A stretch of 64,000 nucleotides of DNA from Octopus vulgaris (GCA_951406725.2 OX597836.1:14012001-14076000), one strand, 5' to 3'; counted from the stretch's first letter, positions 37,311 to 52,408 are shown. Program-made: numbers and translations. Notes: generated from the letters alone by a model not told the origin.

Positions 37311-38178
37311 TTTATAACGTTACTATGCCTTATACATTACCATTACATGATCATACCATTACTACTACTACTACTACTACTATAGTGGTGAGCTGGTAGA
37401 ATCGCTACCAAATTGGTCAAAATGTTTAGCAGCTTTTTGTTCTTCTGCATGTTCTGGGTTCAAATTCTGCTAAAGTCAACTTCACCTTTTGGTCAATTTG
37501 GGGTCGGAAAAAATAAGGATTGATGTGCTGCCCTCCAGTAAATTTGTTGAAAGGTGGTAGAATATGACAAGGATGGTTCAAGAGAGCGGACCTATTCTAA
37601 GTTGGTGCTTGAAAACTGAGGATTGGAGAGGAGGGCGGTGCACCTATCAAAGGACTTCTGATGATTAGGGAAAATCTGGGTCTGTAGGGTTCCTTGGGAG
37701 AAAAAATAAAAAATACCACAACCTAAGATGCTGTTTGGCTGCAGGCCACATGTGCAATTACAGCATGCTTGCACAGCTCACCTACCTCCACCACCAACAT
37801 CACCCATAGCACTTAACACCACTGCACACTTCTTTGCACTTGATGTGATGGCAATACTAACTCCAAGTGGCATTATTCCCCCTATTAGAGATTTTGTTAT
37901 GTAAGATTACTTTCACAAATTGTTGATGTTTTATTGTTTACACATTTCCAGGAAATTCCCTCACAGTCCTTCACCATTGAATTGTCCAAAATGTTTATGT
38001 GGCGTTTGTGGCCAATAAAGTATTATCATTATTTAATATTATTTTGAATTATGAATTCAAATTTGTTCAGAATCAAAACCAAACTGAAAGAGCTGAGAGA
38101 TATAGGTCATGAGGAAAGTGAGAGAAATGCCTATATACATATGAATAAATATATAGGTCAGGGTAAAATATGTCAGAC

Positions 38179-38182
<4 letters not shown>

Positions 38183-38235
<53 letters not shown>

Positions 38236-38482
38236 ATATGAATGTGAGTGTGTGTGCGTGCATATATATATGTGTGTGTGTGTGAGCATGTGTATGTATG
38301 TATATATGTGTAAGCATGTGTGTATGTGTGCATATATATATATATATATATATAAACACACACGTATATACATATATATATACATATACATATTACATAT
38401 ATACACACACACACATATATATATATACACATATACATATATATATATATATACACACACATATACATATATATATATATAT

Positions 38483-38574
<92 letters not shown>

Positions 38575-38625
38575 ACATATATATATATATATACACACAT
38601 ATATATATATATATATATATAAAAC

Positions 38626-38656
<31 letters not shown>

Positions 38657-38675
38657 CATACACACACAGATATAT
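38183..38675. repeat. (TA)n/(CA)n microsatellite field
   Basis: Seen directly. Confidence 0.95.
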
Positions 38676-38951
38676 AGGGAAAGGGAAGAAAGGAGGCAGG
38701 AGGAGATATGGGTGGGATTGGGGTAGACAGAGGTTGTGAAGCCCCAGCACAAAAGCAAATTAAGCAGACCAGATCCGATCAAACAAAGGCACCCAACTGA
38801 TAAAGCCAGACGGTGCTAGATAGTCAAGATAGGTCAGACAATGGAGGTAGGTTTAAGATATGCAAAGATGATTTCTTACTCACCCCATGATGGATTTGGA
38901 TTGGTATTTCTAAGGTGGTGGGGGTAGGGGCTAAGGACCTCAAAACACCTG

Positions 38952-39345
38952 CTCTTTTACTCTTTTACTTGTTTCAGTCATTGGGCTGCAGTCATGCTGG
39001 AGCACCGCCTTTAGTCGAGCAAATCGACCCTGGGACTTATTCTTTTGTAAGCCCAGTACTTATTCTATCGGTCTCTTTTGCCGAACCGCTAAGTGACGGG
39101 GACGTAAACACACCAGCATCGGTTGTCAAGCAATGCTAGGGAGACAAACACAGACACACAAACACATACATATATATATATATATACGACAAGCTTCTTT
39201 CAGTTTCCGTCTACCAAATCCACTCACAAGGCATTGGTCGCCCGAGGCTATAGCAGAAGACACTTGCCCAAGATGCCACGCAGTGGGACTGAACCCGGAA
39301 CCATGTGGTTGGTTAGCAAGCTACTTACCACACAGCCACTCCGCA
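38952..39345 (-). mobile_element. Full-length SINE family A
   Basis: Reverse complement of the family A sequence. Confidence 0.9.
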
Positions 39346-40789
39346 CGCACGCACGCACACACACACACACACACGTATGTGTATGTATGTATATATTGGT
39401 GTTTTCATCCAAAATGGAAATGAACACCATTCCTAGATGTGTTTGGCTTGAAAAAATAGTTAGGATATTAAGATATTTTCTGAAACTAATGGTAGCCTTA
39501 ATACACAAATTAAGAAATTTTATCCACCAATGTATTGTTGAGCACTCATTCTCATTGTTCAACATTTACATATAAGAGAGAGAGACAGACAGAGAAGTAG
39601 TCCTGAGAACCAGCTGTGAGTGGATTTGGTAGATGGAAACTGAAAGAAGCTCGTCATGTGTGTGTGTGTGTTTGTCCCCATCTCTGCTTGACTATTGGTG
39701 CTGGTATGTTTATGTTTGCATAACTTAGTGGTTAGGCAAATGAAACTGATAGAATAAGTACTAAGCTACAAAATTTTAAAAAAACAAGTTCTAGGGTTGA
39801 ATTGTTTGATTAAAAACCAGTCAAGGCAAAGCCCCAGCATGGCTGCAGTCAAATGCCTGAAACAAGGATAAAAGACACACACACACACACACACACACTG
39901 ACATACACACACAGATACATACATAGACATACACATACATGCACACACATATATATATAAGATGAGTCACCAGTTAATTGATCTCTTCAAGAATCAGCTG
40001 TTGGAGAGAAACAACAGCTACAAGTAACAACAAGAAGAAGAAGAACAGCAATGGGCAGCAGTACAGTGTTTGACACTTGAACACTTCATGTTTTTCTTCG
40101 CTTTCTAAACAAAGATCAGCTGTTCAACAAGTTTCCGATCTCAGAGACTACACTAACCTTGATGTGTGTATGAGTGTGTGTGTGTGGCAGTATGTCTTCA
40201 GAATGGTTAGCACATCTGACAAAGTTTCTTCCAGATCATTAGGTTCTGAGTTCAAATTCTGCTGAGATCAACTTTGCCTTTCATCTCTCCTAGGGTCAAC
40301 AAAACAAAGTAGCAGTCGAGTACAAGTGTCGATGCTGTCAACTTATGCCCTCTCCCCAAAGACCTATTTCTTTACTACCCACAAGGGGCCAAACAAGGAC
40401 AGACAAACGGATCAAGTCGATTACATCAACCCCAGTGCGTAACTGGTACTTAATTTATTGACCCCGAAAGGATGAAAGGCAAAGTAGACCTTGGCAGAAT
40501 TTGAACTCAGAACATAATGGCAAACAAAATGCTGCTAAGCATTTCGCCCAGCGTGCTAACGATTCTGCCAGCTCGCTGCCTCTCCCCAAAGACCTGTGGC
40601 CTTGAATCGTCCAACAGGCTGGCATCCCATTCAAGAGGAGCAATGTGATCACAGCCACATGTGATCATGCCATGGAAACCGGATAACATGACTTATGAGT
40701 TCAAGGGCTCAAGGAATAAGTACAATAGGTGTATGGGTGTATACGGTTTCTCTCTTTCTCTCATACAATTCTATTTCACACTATTGTTC

Positions 40790-41000
40790 CTGAGACAGTT
40801 CACTTTCAGGGCTTAGTCATTCCTGAAGGAGGGATCCATCTCTGGACTCCTTCCACCGCTCTAGTCGCTTGTGGCCAATGTAGGCCCCAGGTAGCAGGTG
40901 AGAACATCTCACTGTCATGTCTTTGGTCGGCCTTTGGATTTTGTCCACATCTTGGTGCCCATTTTGTCATTCTGATTATCTTGATTGTTGAGACTGTATA
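40790..41000 (-). mobile_element. Old degenerate RTE-like LINE C-terminal remnant
   Basis: Frameshifted translation IRMTKWAPR..SKGRPKT*Q*DVLTCYLGP resembles the W.PR...RGRP..RW.DD motif. Confidence 0.45.
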
Positions 41001-42888
41001 ATTAATTAATTACAATACAGGGACTGCTGCACTGAAAACCTCATAACCCTCTACTGGGTTCATCTTTACTTTTCATCACTCAAAGGTCAAGGACTGAAAA
41101 GTCAAATAGACTTGAGGTGCTGATTCCAAAATTTGGTACTAAATTTGCCACATCAGTTGCAAATTTCAGGTAAAAGAGAGAGAGGGTGTATGCATGAGAT
41201 AGGTAGAGGGTGACTAATAGACAAGCAGGAAGATAGATACAGTGAAAACAAAAGCAAAACAAAGGCTAGCTGAGATATTAGTCAGTCCTTTGTCATTACA
41301 ATCTAATCAATACCTTTACTTTGAGATGACAATTTCCACACACACACACACACACACAAATATATATTAGGTTAGTAATCTATAATCAATACAGAGGCCC
41401 AACCCTCATCACCACCAACAAAAACTTTGTCGATGACTTTGTGTGCATTGTATCTTTTACAGTCGTTAGACTGTGGCCATGCTTGGGCACCGCTTGAAGA
41501 ATCTTTAGTTAAATGAATCAACTCCTGTACATATTTATTTTTTTTTTTTTTTTTTTGAAGAGCCAGGTACTTATTCCATTAGTCTCTTCAGAATAAATTG
41601 ATGACAATGATTGAAGGAAACAGAAATTTTCAAGAGGAAAAATTCATAATTATAAAAACCATAATTAACTTTGATAGGTCTCAGCCAGTATAGGCCCAGG
41701 CCACGTCTAACTCAATAACCCCACTTTAAAAAAATTTTTTTTACGAAATAAAATTATTGCATTTTATTAAGACACTTTAATCTTAGGGAACAAAGTTTTT
41801 TTTTTGTTTTTTTTTGCAGTGCCCAATTTAAGAATCCCTAGTGTAAAGTTACAGCAATTCCTCATCATACACTCCCACAAGTCTGTAATAACCTTCCCAG
41901 GCCATCATAACTACACCTCACCACTTCTAAGTGCTATGTACTTGGGTGACACACTTCCTCCATCTGTACACCCACCTACACCTCAAAACCACTAAAAAAA
42001 ACCTCACAATTTACAGCTGTTGCTTCCACTGTGCGTTTCCATTACACAAAGATGACACACGAACTTGACACGTTTCTTTGTAATACTGCAAATTCTCTAC
42101 ACAGAGGTTTGGATTTGCCTCATAACGAAGTCCTTTGTACGTAGGACAGAAGGACAGAAGAGACATATGGAAAAGTGCAAGATGGTCCCATGGACTGCGA
42201 AACAAGTTTACTGACTACAGATGCAGGAGTGGCTGTGTGGTTAAGAAGCTTGCTTCCTAATCACATGGTTTCAAGTTCAGTCCCACTGCATGGCACACCA
42301 GCCAAGTGTATTCTACCATGGCCTCAGGTCAACCAAAGTCTTACAAGTGGATTTAGTAGACAGAAACTAAAAGAAACCCATCTTATCTGTATACCGAGGT
42401 TGACTTTGCCTTTCATCCTTTTAGGGTCGATAAATAAAGTACCAGTTTCGCACTGGGGTTGATGTAATCGACTTAATCCCTTTGTCTGTCTTTGTTTGTC
42501 CCCTCTATGTTTAGCCCCTTGTGGGCAATAAAGAAATATACATGTGCGTCTATATACCTGTGGTTCAGTGGTTACAGTGTCGGACTCACAATCATGAAGT
42601 AGTGAGTTCAATTTCCGGACCGGGCTGTGTGTTGTGTTCTTGAACAAGACACTTTATTTCACATTGCTCCAGTTCACTCAGCTGTAGAAACGGGTTGTGG
42701 CATCACTGGTGCCAAACTGTGTCAGCCCCTTTGCCTGTCCCTTGGTTAACATCAGTGGCATGGAAAGGGGAGGCTAGTATTTATGGGCAACCATGCAAGG
42801 GCAACCATGCCTGAACTTGTGCTGCAGAGGGTAAATTTCTAGGTGCAATCCCATGGTCATTTATGACTGAAGTGGATCTTTACCCTTT

Positions 42889-42946
<58 letters not shown>

Positions 42947-43309
42947 ACAATCGATGGGCTTCTTTCAGTTTCCATCTTCCAAATCCACTCACAAGTCTTT
43001 GGTTGACCAAGGCTACAACAGAAGATACTTGCCTAAGGTGCTGCACTGTGGTACTAAAACTAGATCCATGTGGTTGGGAAGCAAGCTTCTTACCACACAG
43101 CCACACTACTTGAAAAAACAGGTGAAGATTGGCAACAGAAAAGGCATCCAGCTATAGAAAATCTGCATCAATGAGGCCCATCTAACCCATGCTGGCATGA
43201 AAACCTGGACATCAAAACAATGACGATAACGATGTCACAAACTGTAGAGGAAGAGAATGCTACCCCTCCCTACCAACTCTTTAAGAATATAATTAGTAAG
43301 TATTTCATC

Positions 43310-43635
43310 GTGGAGGTGCAATGGCCCAGTGGTTAGGGTAGTGGACTCGCGGCCGGAGGATCGCAGTTTCAATTTCCAGACCGGGCGTTGTGCGTATTTA
43401 TTGAGTAAAAACACCTAAAGCTCCACGAGGCTCTGGCAGGGATTGGTGGCGACCCCTGTTGTATTCTTTCGCCCCAACTTTCTCTCATTCTCTCTTCCTG
43501 TTTCTTGAGTAACGCTGCGATGGACTGGCGTCCCGTCCAGCTGGAGGGGAGGGACACATACGCCATAGAAACCAGGAAACCGGGCCGGGCCCATGAGCCT
43601 GGCTAGGCTTGAAAAGGGCGCATAAATAAATAAAA
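43310..43635 (+). mobile_element. tRNA-derived SINE family D
   Basis: ggaggtgcaatggcccagtggttaggg head and an (AAAT)n tail. Confidence 0.8.
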
Positions 43636-46476
43636 AAAGGATTTCATCAGCTAATGAGGGAGTCAAATCTCCCTCAAATCACATTCTACTGTTTGAGAAA
43701 GGGACACAAATCTGGACAGTTGTATTCCTGGATACCTTTAAAAAGGCAAGTTTGTCATGTTTAAAAGGCTTTTACTCGTAAGGTCTGTCAAACTGGGACT
43801 GTCCTGTGGTTAAATAACAATTATAATACATACGTCTTTGATCAGAGGTCTGCTAGATGAGGGCCCAGCTGGAGCTAAACAATACCTCCACCTCTATCAC
43901 TCTTATGAACACCCTTATCTCCACCCTTCTTACCTTACTCCTTCAACCCCATTCTTCAATCCGTACATCACTCAACATTCTCAAGATTAACGAAGAACAC
44001 AAGAAGATGGTGGTGGTGGTGGTGGTGAACAGAAATGAGAACATGGTAGGGGGAGGAGAAAGAGAGGAGGAGGAGGGAAAGAAGGACTTATCACCTTCAA
44101 AAGTCTTCTTGCCCTACTACTTTAGTCAGGGGGTTGTGTGAAGACTGTGGTCCCTAATCTGTAAGTCCTACTCCACAGGGTGGGGGAGAAAGGGGCAGGA
44201 GGAGGAGCAGCAGCAGCAGAGATATTGTTTCTCGGCTCCTTCATTATAGAAATATAAATCTTGGGTTGATTGGAAGTATAATTCTTCCTTAATTGGTTAC
44301 ACATGTTTCGAAGCGGCTTTGTGTGTGTGTGTGTGTGAGTGAGTGGGAAGGAGGGAGAGGGGCTTGACAACTGTAACCATGAAAATTTAGGAAACTTTCT
44401 CAGGCATGTCTGCTGTTAAGAAGCTTACTTCCCAACCACATGGTTCAGGGTTCAATCCCACTGTGTGACACCTTAGGCAAGTGTCTTCTTCTAAAGCCTC
44501 AGGCCAACCCAAATCCTTGTGAGTGGATGTGGTAGACAGAAACTGAAAGAAGCCCATCATGTGTGTATATATGTGTGTGTGTGTGCGCATGTGTGTGTGT
44601 GTCTGTGTTTGTCCCCCACCCTACCATCGCTTGACAACTGATGCTGGAGTTTTATGTCCTCGTAACTTTACAGTTTGACAAAAAAGTCTGATGGAATAAG
44701 TACTAGGTTTAGAAAGTGTAGGTCCTGGGGTCAATTGCTTTGACTGAAACCCTGGTGGCATATAAAAGCACCCATGCTGATGGCCCACTGAAAGCACCCA
44801 TTACACTCTATGGAGTGGTCGGCATTAGGAAGGACAGCATCCAGCCATAGAAACCATGCCAAATCAGACTGGAACCTGGTGCAGCTCTCTGGCTTACCAG
44901 TTCCAGTCAAGCTATCTTACCCATGCTATTATGGAAAGTAGATCCTAAATGATGATGATGATGATAGACAAACAGGCGGGCAGGCAGATGGACAGACAGA
45001 TATATGCAAATATAGCTGTGTGGTTAAGGAACTTTCTTCCCAACCATGTGGCATTGGGTTCAGTCCCACTCTCAGGCATTCTAGGCAAGAGTCTTCTACT
45101 AAATAGCTTTGGGCCAAGCAAAGCCTTCTAAGTGCAAACTGAAAGAATGACAAATATGAAACCCCGATAGAGGAACCACTACATGGTAACTTGGCCGGCT
45201 AAAAATAGCAACCAAATTTCCTTATCAAATCGTCATGAATCAAACACAGCTCAGTGTGTGTGTCTCAATCAGGTGAGACAGAGTACATCAGATAATATGG
45301 TAACCCACATTAAACATAGCCAGCCAATCAGCCAACCCTCTTTTGGCATCTTTAAAAATAGCTGCAGGAGACTGAGAGGGACATGCACACACATGGAAGA
45401 AAGATAAGATTATGGATGAGAAAGAGAGGAGAAAGAACAAATGCAAGAGAGTGGAAAGATGAGAGACAGAAATAGGGGCGAGAGTTAGACAAAGAGGGAA
45501 GAATTTTGGAAGAATTTCGTAAGGGCCTGGTAGAAGAAATTGGCTGATCTCAGGCCACAACACAACATCTTTCCTCATAACCACCACACTGCAGAAAACT
45601 GACTGACCTTCCCAAACAGAGGATGACAGCAGGATGTGATGGATGCTTATCACTACAAACATGGCTAACAGCCGGATCTACCCTACATGCGACATCAACT
45701 GACCCCATAAAAACTACCCTAGATAGCAATCCTACAGATATGCTGGTTCAGGAGTAGGTAATTCAGTCAATTAAACAAATGGAACATCATTACAGAACAA
45801 CAGAAATCCACCTTTTTATTTATATGCCCCCATGCCAGTGGCACGTAAAAGCACCCACTACACTCTCGGAGTGGTTGGCGTTAGAAAGGGTATCCAGCTG
45901 TAGAAACTCTGCCAGATCAAGATTGGAGCCTGGTGCAGCCATCTGGTTCGTCAGTCCTCAGTCAAACCATCCAACCCATGCTAGCATGGAAAGCGGACGT
46001 TAAACGATGATGATGATGATGATGCAGCTGAGTAGCAAGAAGCTTGCTTTCCAACCACATGGTTCCGAGTTCAGTCCCACTGCATGGCACCTTGGTCGGG
46101 TGCATTCCAATATAGCCTCGACTTGACCAAAGCTTTATGAGTGGATTTGGTAGACAGAAACTGAAAGAGGTTTGCCATGTGTGCATGTGTGAGTGTGTCT
46201 CATCACCGCTTGACAAAGTGAAAAAGTGGTAGCAACTGCACGACCCTTTGGGATGAGTCGGACAAATATATTGACGATTGTACATAAAAAGGACAAGATT
46301 TTAGCACATATCAAACATATCAAACTAAGTATTATTGAAAATGCTTTCATAAATAAAGTACAGAATTGAGAATGGTTATTACCGGTTTAGCCTAGAGATA
46401 AGTTAATTTGACTTAAGTCATGAGACCTGGAATCTACTAACAATGCAGGGTGGGGGTATGCTTGTATATGTATATG

Positions 46477-46516
<40 letters not shown>

Positions 46517-46707
46517 TATCTATCTATGCACACGCACACACACACATGAGCACATCCAGGTTACTTTGGATGTGCTAATTAATATTCATTACAATGGCTA
46601 CTTCTGTCATTAATAGCTTGCGTGTATGTAAGTATGTATATATATATATATCATCATCATCAACATCATTGTTTAATGTCCGTTTTCCGCAGTAGCACAG
46701 GTTCGAC

Positions 46708-46770
<63 letters not shown>

Positions 46771-47439
46771 GTGTATGTATGTATGTATGTATGTATGTAT
46801 ATTGTATCAAATAGCTAGATAAATAACCATATACATGCACACAAAACAAAGTACATGTATTATATATATATATGCATACACACACGTGTCCACGCCTATA
46901 TGCATAGATACATACATATAGATACACACAGAGATATATCGCCATTTATAACAGATATTCGCACACACGTTCATGCTATACACACTAAAACATCTCAGCA
47001 TACGCAACAGACACACACACACGTGCGCATGCAATCTATGCATAGCCATACACACAGAATGCCAAGCATATATGCACGTGCACACTATCTTTTGTAATCT
47101 TTACCAAGTTCGTAGTCACATAACACCTGTCACCATCGGAGAAATAACTCGACAGTGGTGGGGGTTGGTGTGTGTGGATGCTAAAGTATCCATGACACAC
47201 CCACCCCAATCAAATATGTGTAGCTGGGGTGGCAGAAGAGCGTGTGCATGTGTGTGTGTGACTTCTCCCGCCGCTACATCATAGAGCAATATGATATGGT
47301 GTGAGAGTGGTCACATACAAATCAGTTAAAATGACAGTGTGTGGTGGGCGGGTCATTTAGTGACCGCTTTTCCATGCTTGCATGGCACAGAGGGAGTTTA
47401 TTTGAGGCAGGTTTTCTAGTCAGATGCCGCCGTTGCCAG

Positions 47440-47860
47440 CGCCACCCCGACTGGCCTCCGTCTGTGCCAGGCACGTAAAAAGCACCAACCGATCATAGCC
47501 ATTGCCAGCCTTGCCTGCCCCCCCGTGCCAGTGGCACGTAAAAAGCACCATCCAACTGTGGCCGTTTGCCAGAAGCACCATCCAATCGTGGCAGTTGCCA
47601 GCCTCGCCTGGCCCCCGTGCCGGTGGCATGTAAAAAGCACCAACCGATCGTGGCCGTTAGCCAGCCTCACCTGGCATCGTGCTGGTGGCACGTAAAACGC
47701 ACCCAATACACTCACGGTGTGGTTGGCGTTAGGAAGGGCATCCAGCCGTAGAAACACTGCCAGATCAGACTGGGCCTTGTGCTGCCTCCTGGCTTCCCAG
47801 ACCCCAATCGAACCATCCAACCCATGCTAGCATGGAAAGCGGACGTTAAACGATGATGAT
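47440..47860 (+). mobile_element. RTE-like LINE 3'UTR copy with internal tandem units
   Basis: Same family as 1689-2383. Other copies at 10270-10450(-), 11640-11890(-), 16604-16780(-), 21476-21613(-), 45830-46024(+) and 54920-55170(-). Confidence 0.8.
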
Positions 47861-49031
47861 TACTGAACAAGATAACATTTCCCCTATGGTCAGACATATT
47901 CTCACACCATATTTGAAATGAATGACATTGCTTGTATGACAAGTGACAATCGTTATACAATTATCACACAATACCAAGACAAGGACACACATACACACAC
48001 ACACATATGATCTGCTTCTTTCAGTTTCCGAGTACCAAATCCATTCACAAGGCTTTGGTCAGCCTGAGGCTATTGAAGAAGCCACTGGCCCAAGGTGCTA
48101 TAAAGTGGGACTAAACCCAGAACCATGTGGCTGGGATGTGAACTTCTCACTACACATCCACACCTGCAACTAGTATGCAAGCAGCCATGCTAGTGCAACA
48201 TAAAAAGCACCCAGTACACTCTAAAGTGGTTGGCATTTGGAAGGGCATCCAGCCATAGAAAACCATGCCAAAACAGGCATTTGGAACCTGGTGCAGCTCT
48301 CCAACTTGCCAACTGCTGTCGAGCCATCAAAATGTGTGTGTGTATGGGTGGGTTTGTGTGTATGTGTATATATCTATTCTTTTACTTGCTTCAGTCATTT
48401 GACTGTGGCCATACTGGAGCAATGTCCTAAACGGTTTTAGTTAAAGAAATTGACCCTAGGACTTATTCTTTGTAAGCCTAGTACTTACTCTATCGGTCTT
48501 CTTTGGCGAACTTCTAAGTCATGGGGATGTAAACACACCAACATCGGTTGTCAAACAATAGTGGTGGGGACAAGCACAGATACAAAGACACACACCTATA
48601 AATAGACACTAATAACTGCAGCAAGTGAAAGATATCTATCTATCTATATACATATTAATTTATAAAAATATGGTAAAGTAAAAGAATTCACTTTACCACA
48701 CACCGAACTTTTCAGAAATAGCAGCCAAAAATTTGGCTATTTATATAGATATATATATATATATATATATATAAACACACAAACACAGATATATTCACAC
48801 CCATACAGATGGATGGATGGATAGATAGATAGAGAGAGAGAGATAGGCAGACAGACAGATGGATAGATAGATAGACAGATAAATAGATAGACATGAATTG
48901 TAGTGGTACATGCAAGCCGAACTTTGTTGTGTGCGCGTGAGTGAGTGTGTAGTCAATGTCCTAACGAATATACATCAGGATTAAAAAAAGAAACAGCAAC
49001 AATAATATTATTAATGAAACTAAAAGCTTAC

Positions 49032-49043
49032 CTCCTTTGCAAA
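49032..49043 (-). CDS. Candidate 12-nt microexon TTTGCAAAGGAG of the same gene
   Basis: Polypyrimidine tract ttttcttttctcttgttttaccctct...gtaccag and a strong GAG|gtaagc donor in non-repetitive sequence. Frame-preserving. Splice signals only. Confidence 0.35.
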
Positions 49044-49237
49044 CTGGTACAATAATATCCAGAGGGTAAAACAAGAGAAAAGAAAATCTAAGATGAGCTG
49101 GTAGAAGTGGGTGGGTGGATGGGGCGTATACAAACATGCACATATGGTTGTACGATACGTACGCTGTAAGTGGAGGGTGAGGGGTCAAATTGTGCTTATG
49201 TGTGAGTGTGTGTGTGTGTGACACACGAACTCTCACT

Positions 49238-49270
<33 letters not shown>

Positions 49271-49513
49271 TCATTAGCTTAAGTGAACTGTATGGAACAC
49301 AGAATGTAATGTGTATACAAATATATGTAAGCACGTGTTCATAGGCTGTGTGTGTATAGATAGATAGATAGATAGATAGATATCACCCTCTTCACACACA
49401 CACACACACACACACACACAAATGTAAATATCATCATCATCATCATTGTTTAACGTCCGCTTTCCATGCTAGCATGGGTTGGACGAAATATATATGTGTG
49501 TGCGTGTGTGTGC

Positions 49514-49555
<42 letters not shown>

Positions 49556-49748
49556 TGAAATAGAAAGATGAATAATCTTGTTGCAGATTAATCAAAAGTT
49601 TAACCGATACCTTGGTAGCAAAAATCACAGCAGAAGACAGCACGGTTGGAGGTACAACCATATGGTGTTGCAACCGTGCGTTGGTGCGGATAATTGAATT
49701 TTAATATTTCTGTTCAATCTTCGTTCAACTCCATTTCTTCAATTCACT

Positions 49749-49816
<68 letters not shown>

Positions 49817-50130
49817 CTTTTATCCTTTTCTTGTTTCAGTCATTAGATTGCGGCCATGCTGCAGCACCACCTGGAAGAATTTTAGTCAAACGAATTGACT
49901 CCAGTATTTATGCTTTTTTTAAAGCTGGTACTTATTCTATCAGTTCTTTTGCTGAACTGCTAAGTTACGGGATGTAAATACACCAACATCGCTTACTAAG
50001 CAATGATGGGAGACAAAAATAAACACAAAGGCACATACACTGTGTGTGTATGTATATGTGTGTATATATATCTATATATATATATATATGTGTATATGTG
50101 TGTGTATATATGTGTATATGTGTGTGTATA

Positions 50131-50195
<65 letters not shown>

Positions 50196-50238
50196 AGTAC
50201 CTTATTTACTGTGGTTAACCCCGAATCAACCCGGGACC

Positions 50239-50293
<55 letters not shown>

Positions 50294-52408
50294 ACGACAG
50301 GCTTCTTTCAATTTCCCTCTACCAAATCCACTCCCAGGTCTTTGGTCAGCCCGAGGCTATAGTAACAGACACTTGGCTAAGATGTCACACAGGAGGACTG
50401 AACCCAGAACCATGTGGTTGGGAAGCAAGCTTCTTACCACATAGCCATATTTCATCATTTACCTGTTTCTGTCATTGGACTGAGGCCATGCTGGGGCACC
50501 ATCTTGAAGGGTTTAGTCAAAAGAAACTGAACTCAGGATTTTTTTGGGGTTTTTTTTTTTCTTCTCCAAAGCATGTGCTTATTCTATCGATCCGTTTTGC
50601 CAAACTGCAAAGTTACAGGGGACATAAACAGGTCAACCTATAAGCAAGTGAAAGCCTACGACAATAAAGTCTAGAAGTATATCTGCATGTGACAATGTAG
50701 CAAAGGAGGGGGGGGGACACAAAGTTGTAAATATGAGGACGTAGAAGAGATAAAAATGGGTGAATGAACAAAGGGCCATCAGTGAAGGTGGAGACAGCCG
50801 TAGGGATATTAAAAGAAGGGAGGGGGGTAGAAATGCTAAAGTTATTTTTTTTTTTTTTTTGTTTTTTTGTGAACCTGCATACCCAGTTTTCTGTTTACAT
50901 AGGACCCTAGAACGTGAGGTGGATGAATGAATGAAACGCAGCGATTTAGCTTATTCTGAACAATTTAGCTTCAAAGCTATTCTTTTTTTTTGTTTCAGTC
51001 ATTTGACCGTGGCCATGTTGGAGCACCGCCTTTAGTTGAACAGATCAACCCCAGGACTTATTCTTTGTAAGCCTAGTACTTATTATTCTATCAGTCTCTT
51101 TTGCCAAGCCACTAAGTTACAGGGACATAAACACACCGACATCAGTTCTGAAGCTATGGTGGGGAGACACAGATATACAAATATATATATATATATATAT
51201 ATATACATGACAGGCTTCTTTCAGTTTCCGTCTACCAAATCCAATCACAAGGCTTTGGTCAGCCTGAAGCTATAGTAGAAGACATTCACATTCAATGTGT
51301 CACACAGTGGGACTGAACCCAGAACCATGTGGTTGGTAAGCGAGCAACTTATCACACAGCCACTCTTGCACCTATGTGCACAATGAGTGAAAAACTTCAT
51401 AGAGTGATCACCGAATTTCAGAGAAATAGCAGCTAAATCCCCTTCAAATCACACCCTGCTAACATAAAAACAGCAAGCACACAGCACGTGTGTAAGTATG
51501 TGTGTGTGTTTGTCTTCTCTTTGTCTTTTTAATTTAGAGTAGATTTTTGACTAACCACCTACATGGGACCCAGGTTGTGGAGGAAAGTGTTTTGTTTTAA
51601 CCATTATCGTAACCCCGTTTGTTACCAATTTGGCTGAAACCACCTCTGGCTCTGTAGAACAAATGTCCTGTTTTCGAAGGTTCTCAATTAAAATCTTCCA
51701 CCAAACCTTAGTCACAATTTATGTTCCTATCACTAAGCTTAACGATAACTAAGTTATTTTACACAACTCTGATTTATTTAAAATTAATTGAAAGAAACAC
51801 AGAGCATCTCAAAATAAATATGGTAACAAAAGGGTTAAATCTTAAGGTCTTGCTGATTTTCAAAGTCCCAGATATCATGATCATTTGTAGCGTGTGTGTG
51901 TGTGTGTGTACTATGTACCTATCTATCTATGGATCTACCTATTTATCAATTTAGCAAAGCTACAATACCTTTAAAGTCCCAATCATGATCGTATGCATGC
52001 ATCTATCTAGCTGCCAATCTATTTATCAATTAAACAAGGCTAGCATATCTTCAAATGGCAGGTTTGCCTGTTGCTGGATCAAAGCTGCCCCGGGGCTAAA
52101 CATCAACAATGACAATTCCACAGAGACAACAGATAGAAGAAAAGAGAGGAAAAAAACAGAAAAAACAGAAGGGAATGATTCCTTTCCTACCTCAACCATT
52201 TCTCGTTCAAAACGCCCCACAGAGGCCGTGCAGAGACACCACCACCCAACTGGATCACAACCAACCACCACAACAACAACCACAAAGTGTGAACAAAAGC
52301 TAGTAGGGCAGCCAAATTTATGATGTCAGTAATATGAGAGAACGACTGAATGAGAGTGTGTGTGTGTGTGTATGAATGCGTGTGTGGGCATTTTCTTTAT
52401 TTCATTTT

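Noticed and set aside
38884-38909. 26-nt segment with a strong gtgagt donor
   Set aside because: The acceptor is poor and lies beside a SINE tail; no supporting evidence.
42008-42190. Unique patch with an acceptor-like site and short ORFs (METHSGSNSCKL, phase 2 donor gtgagg)
   Set aside because: Frame-compatible with the 24261 exon, but the signals are weak and several equally plausible candidates exist.
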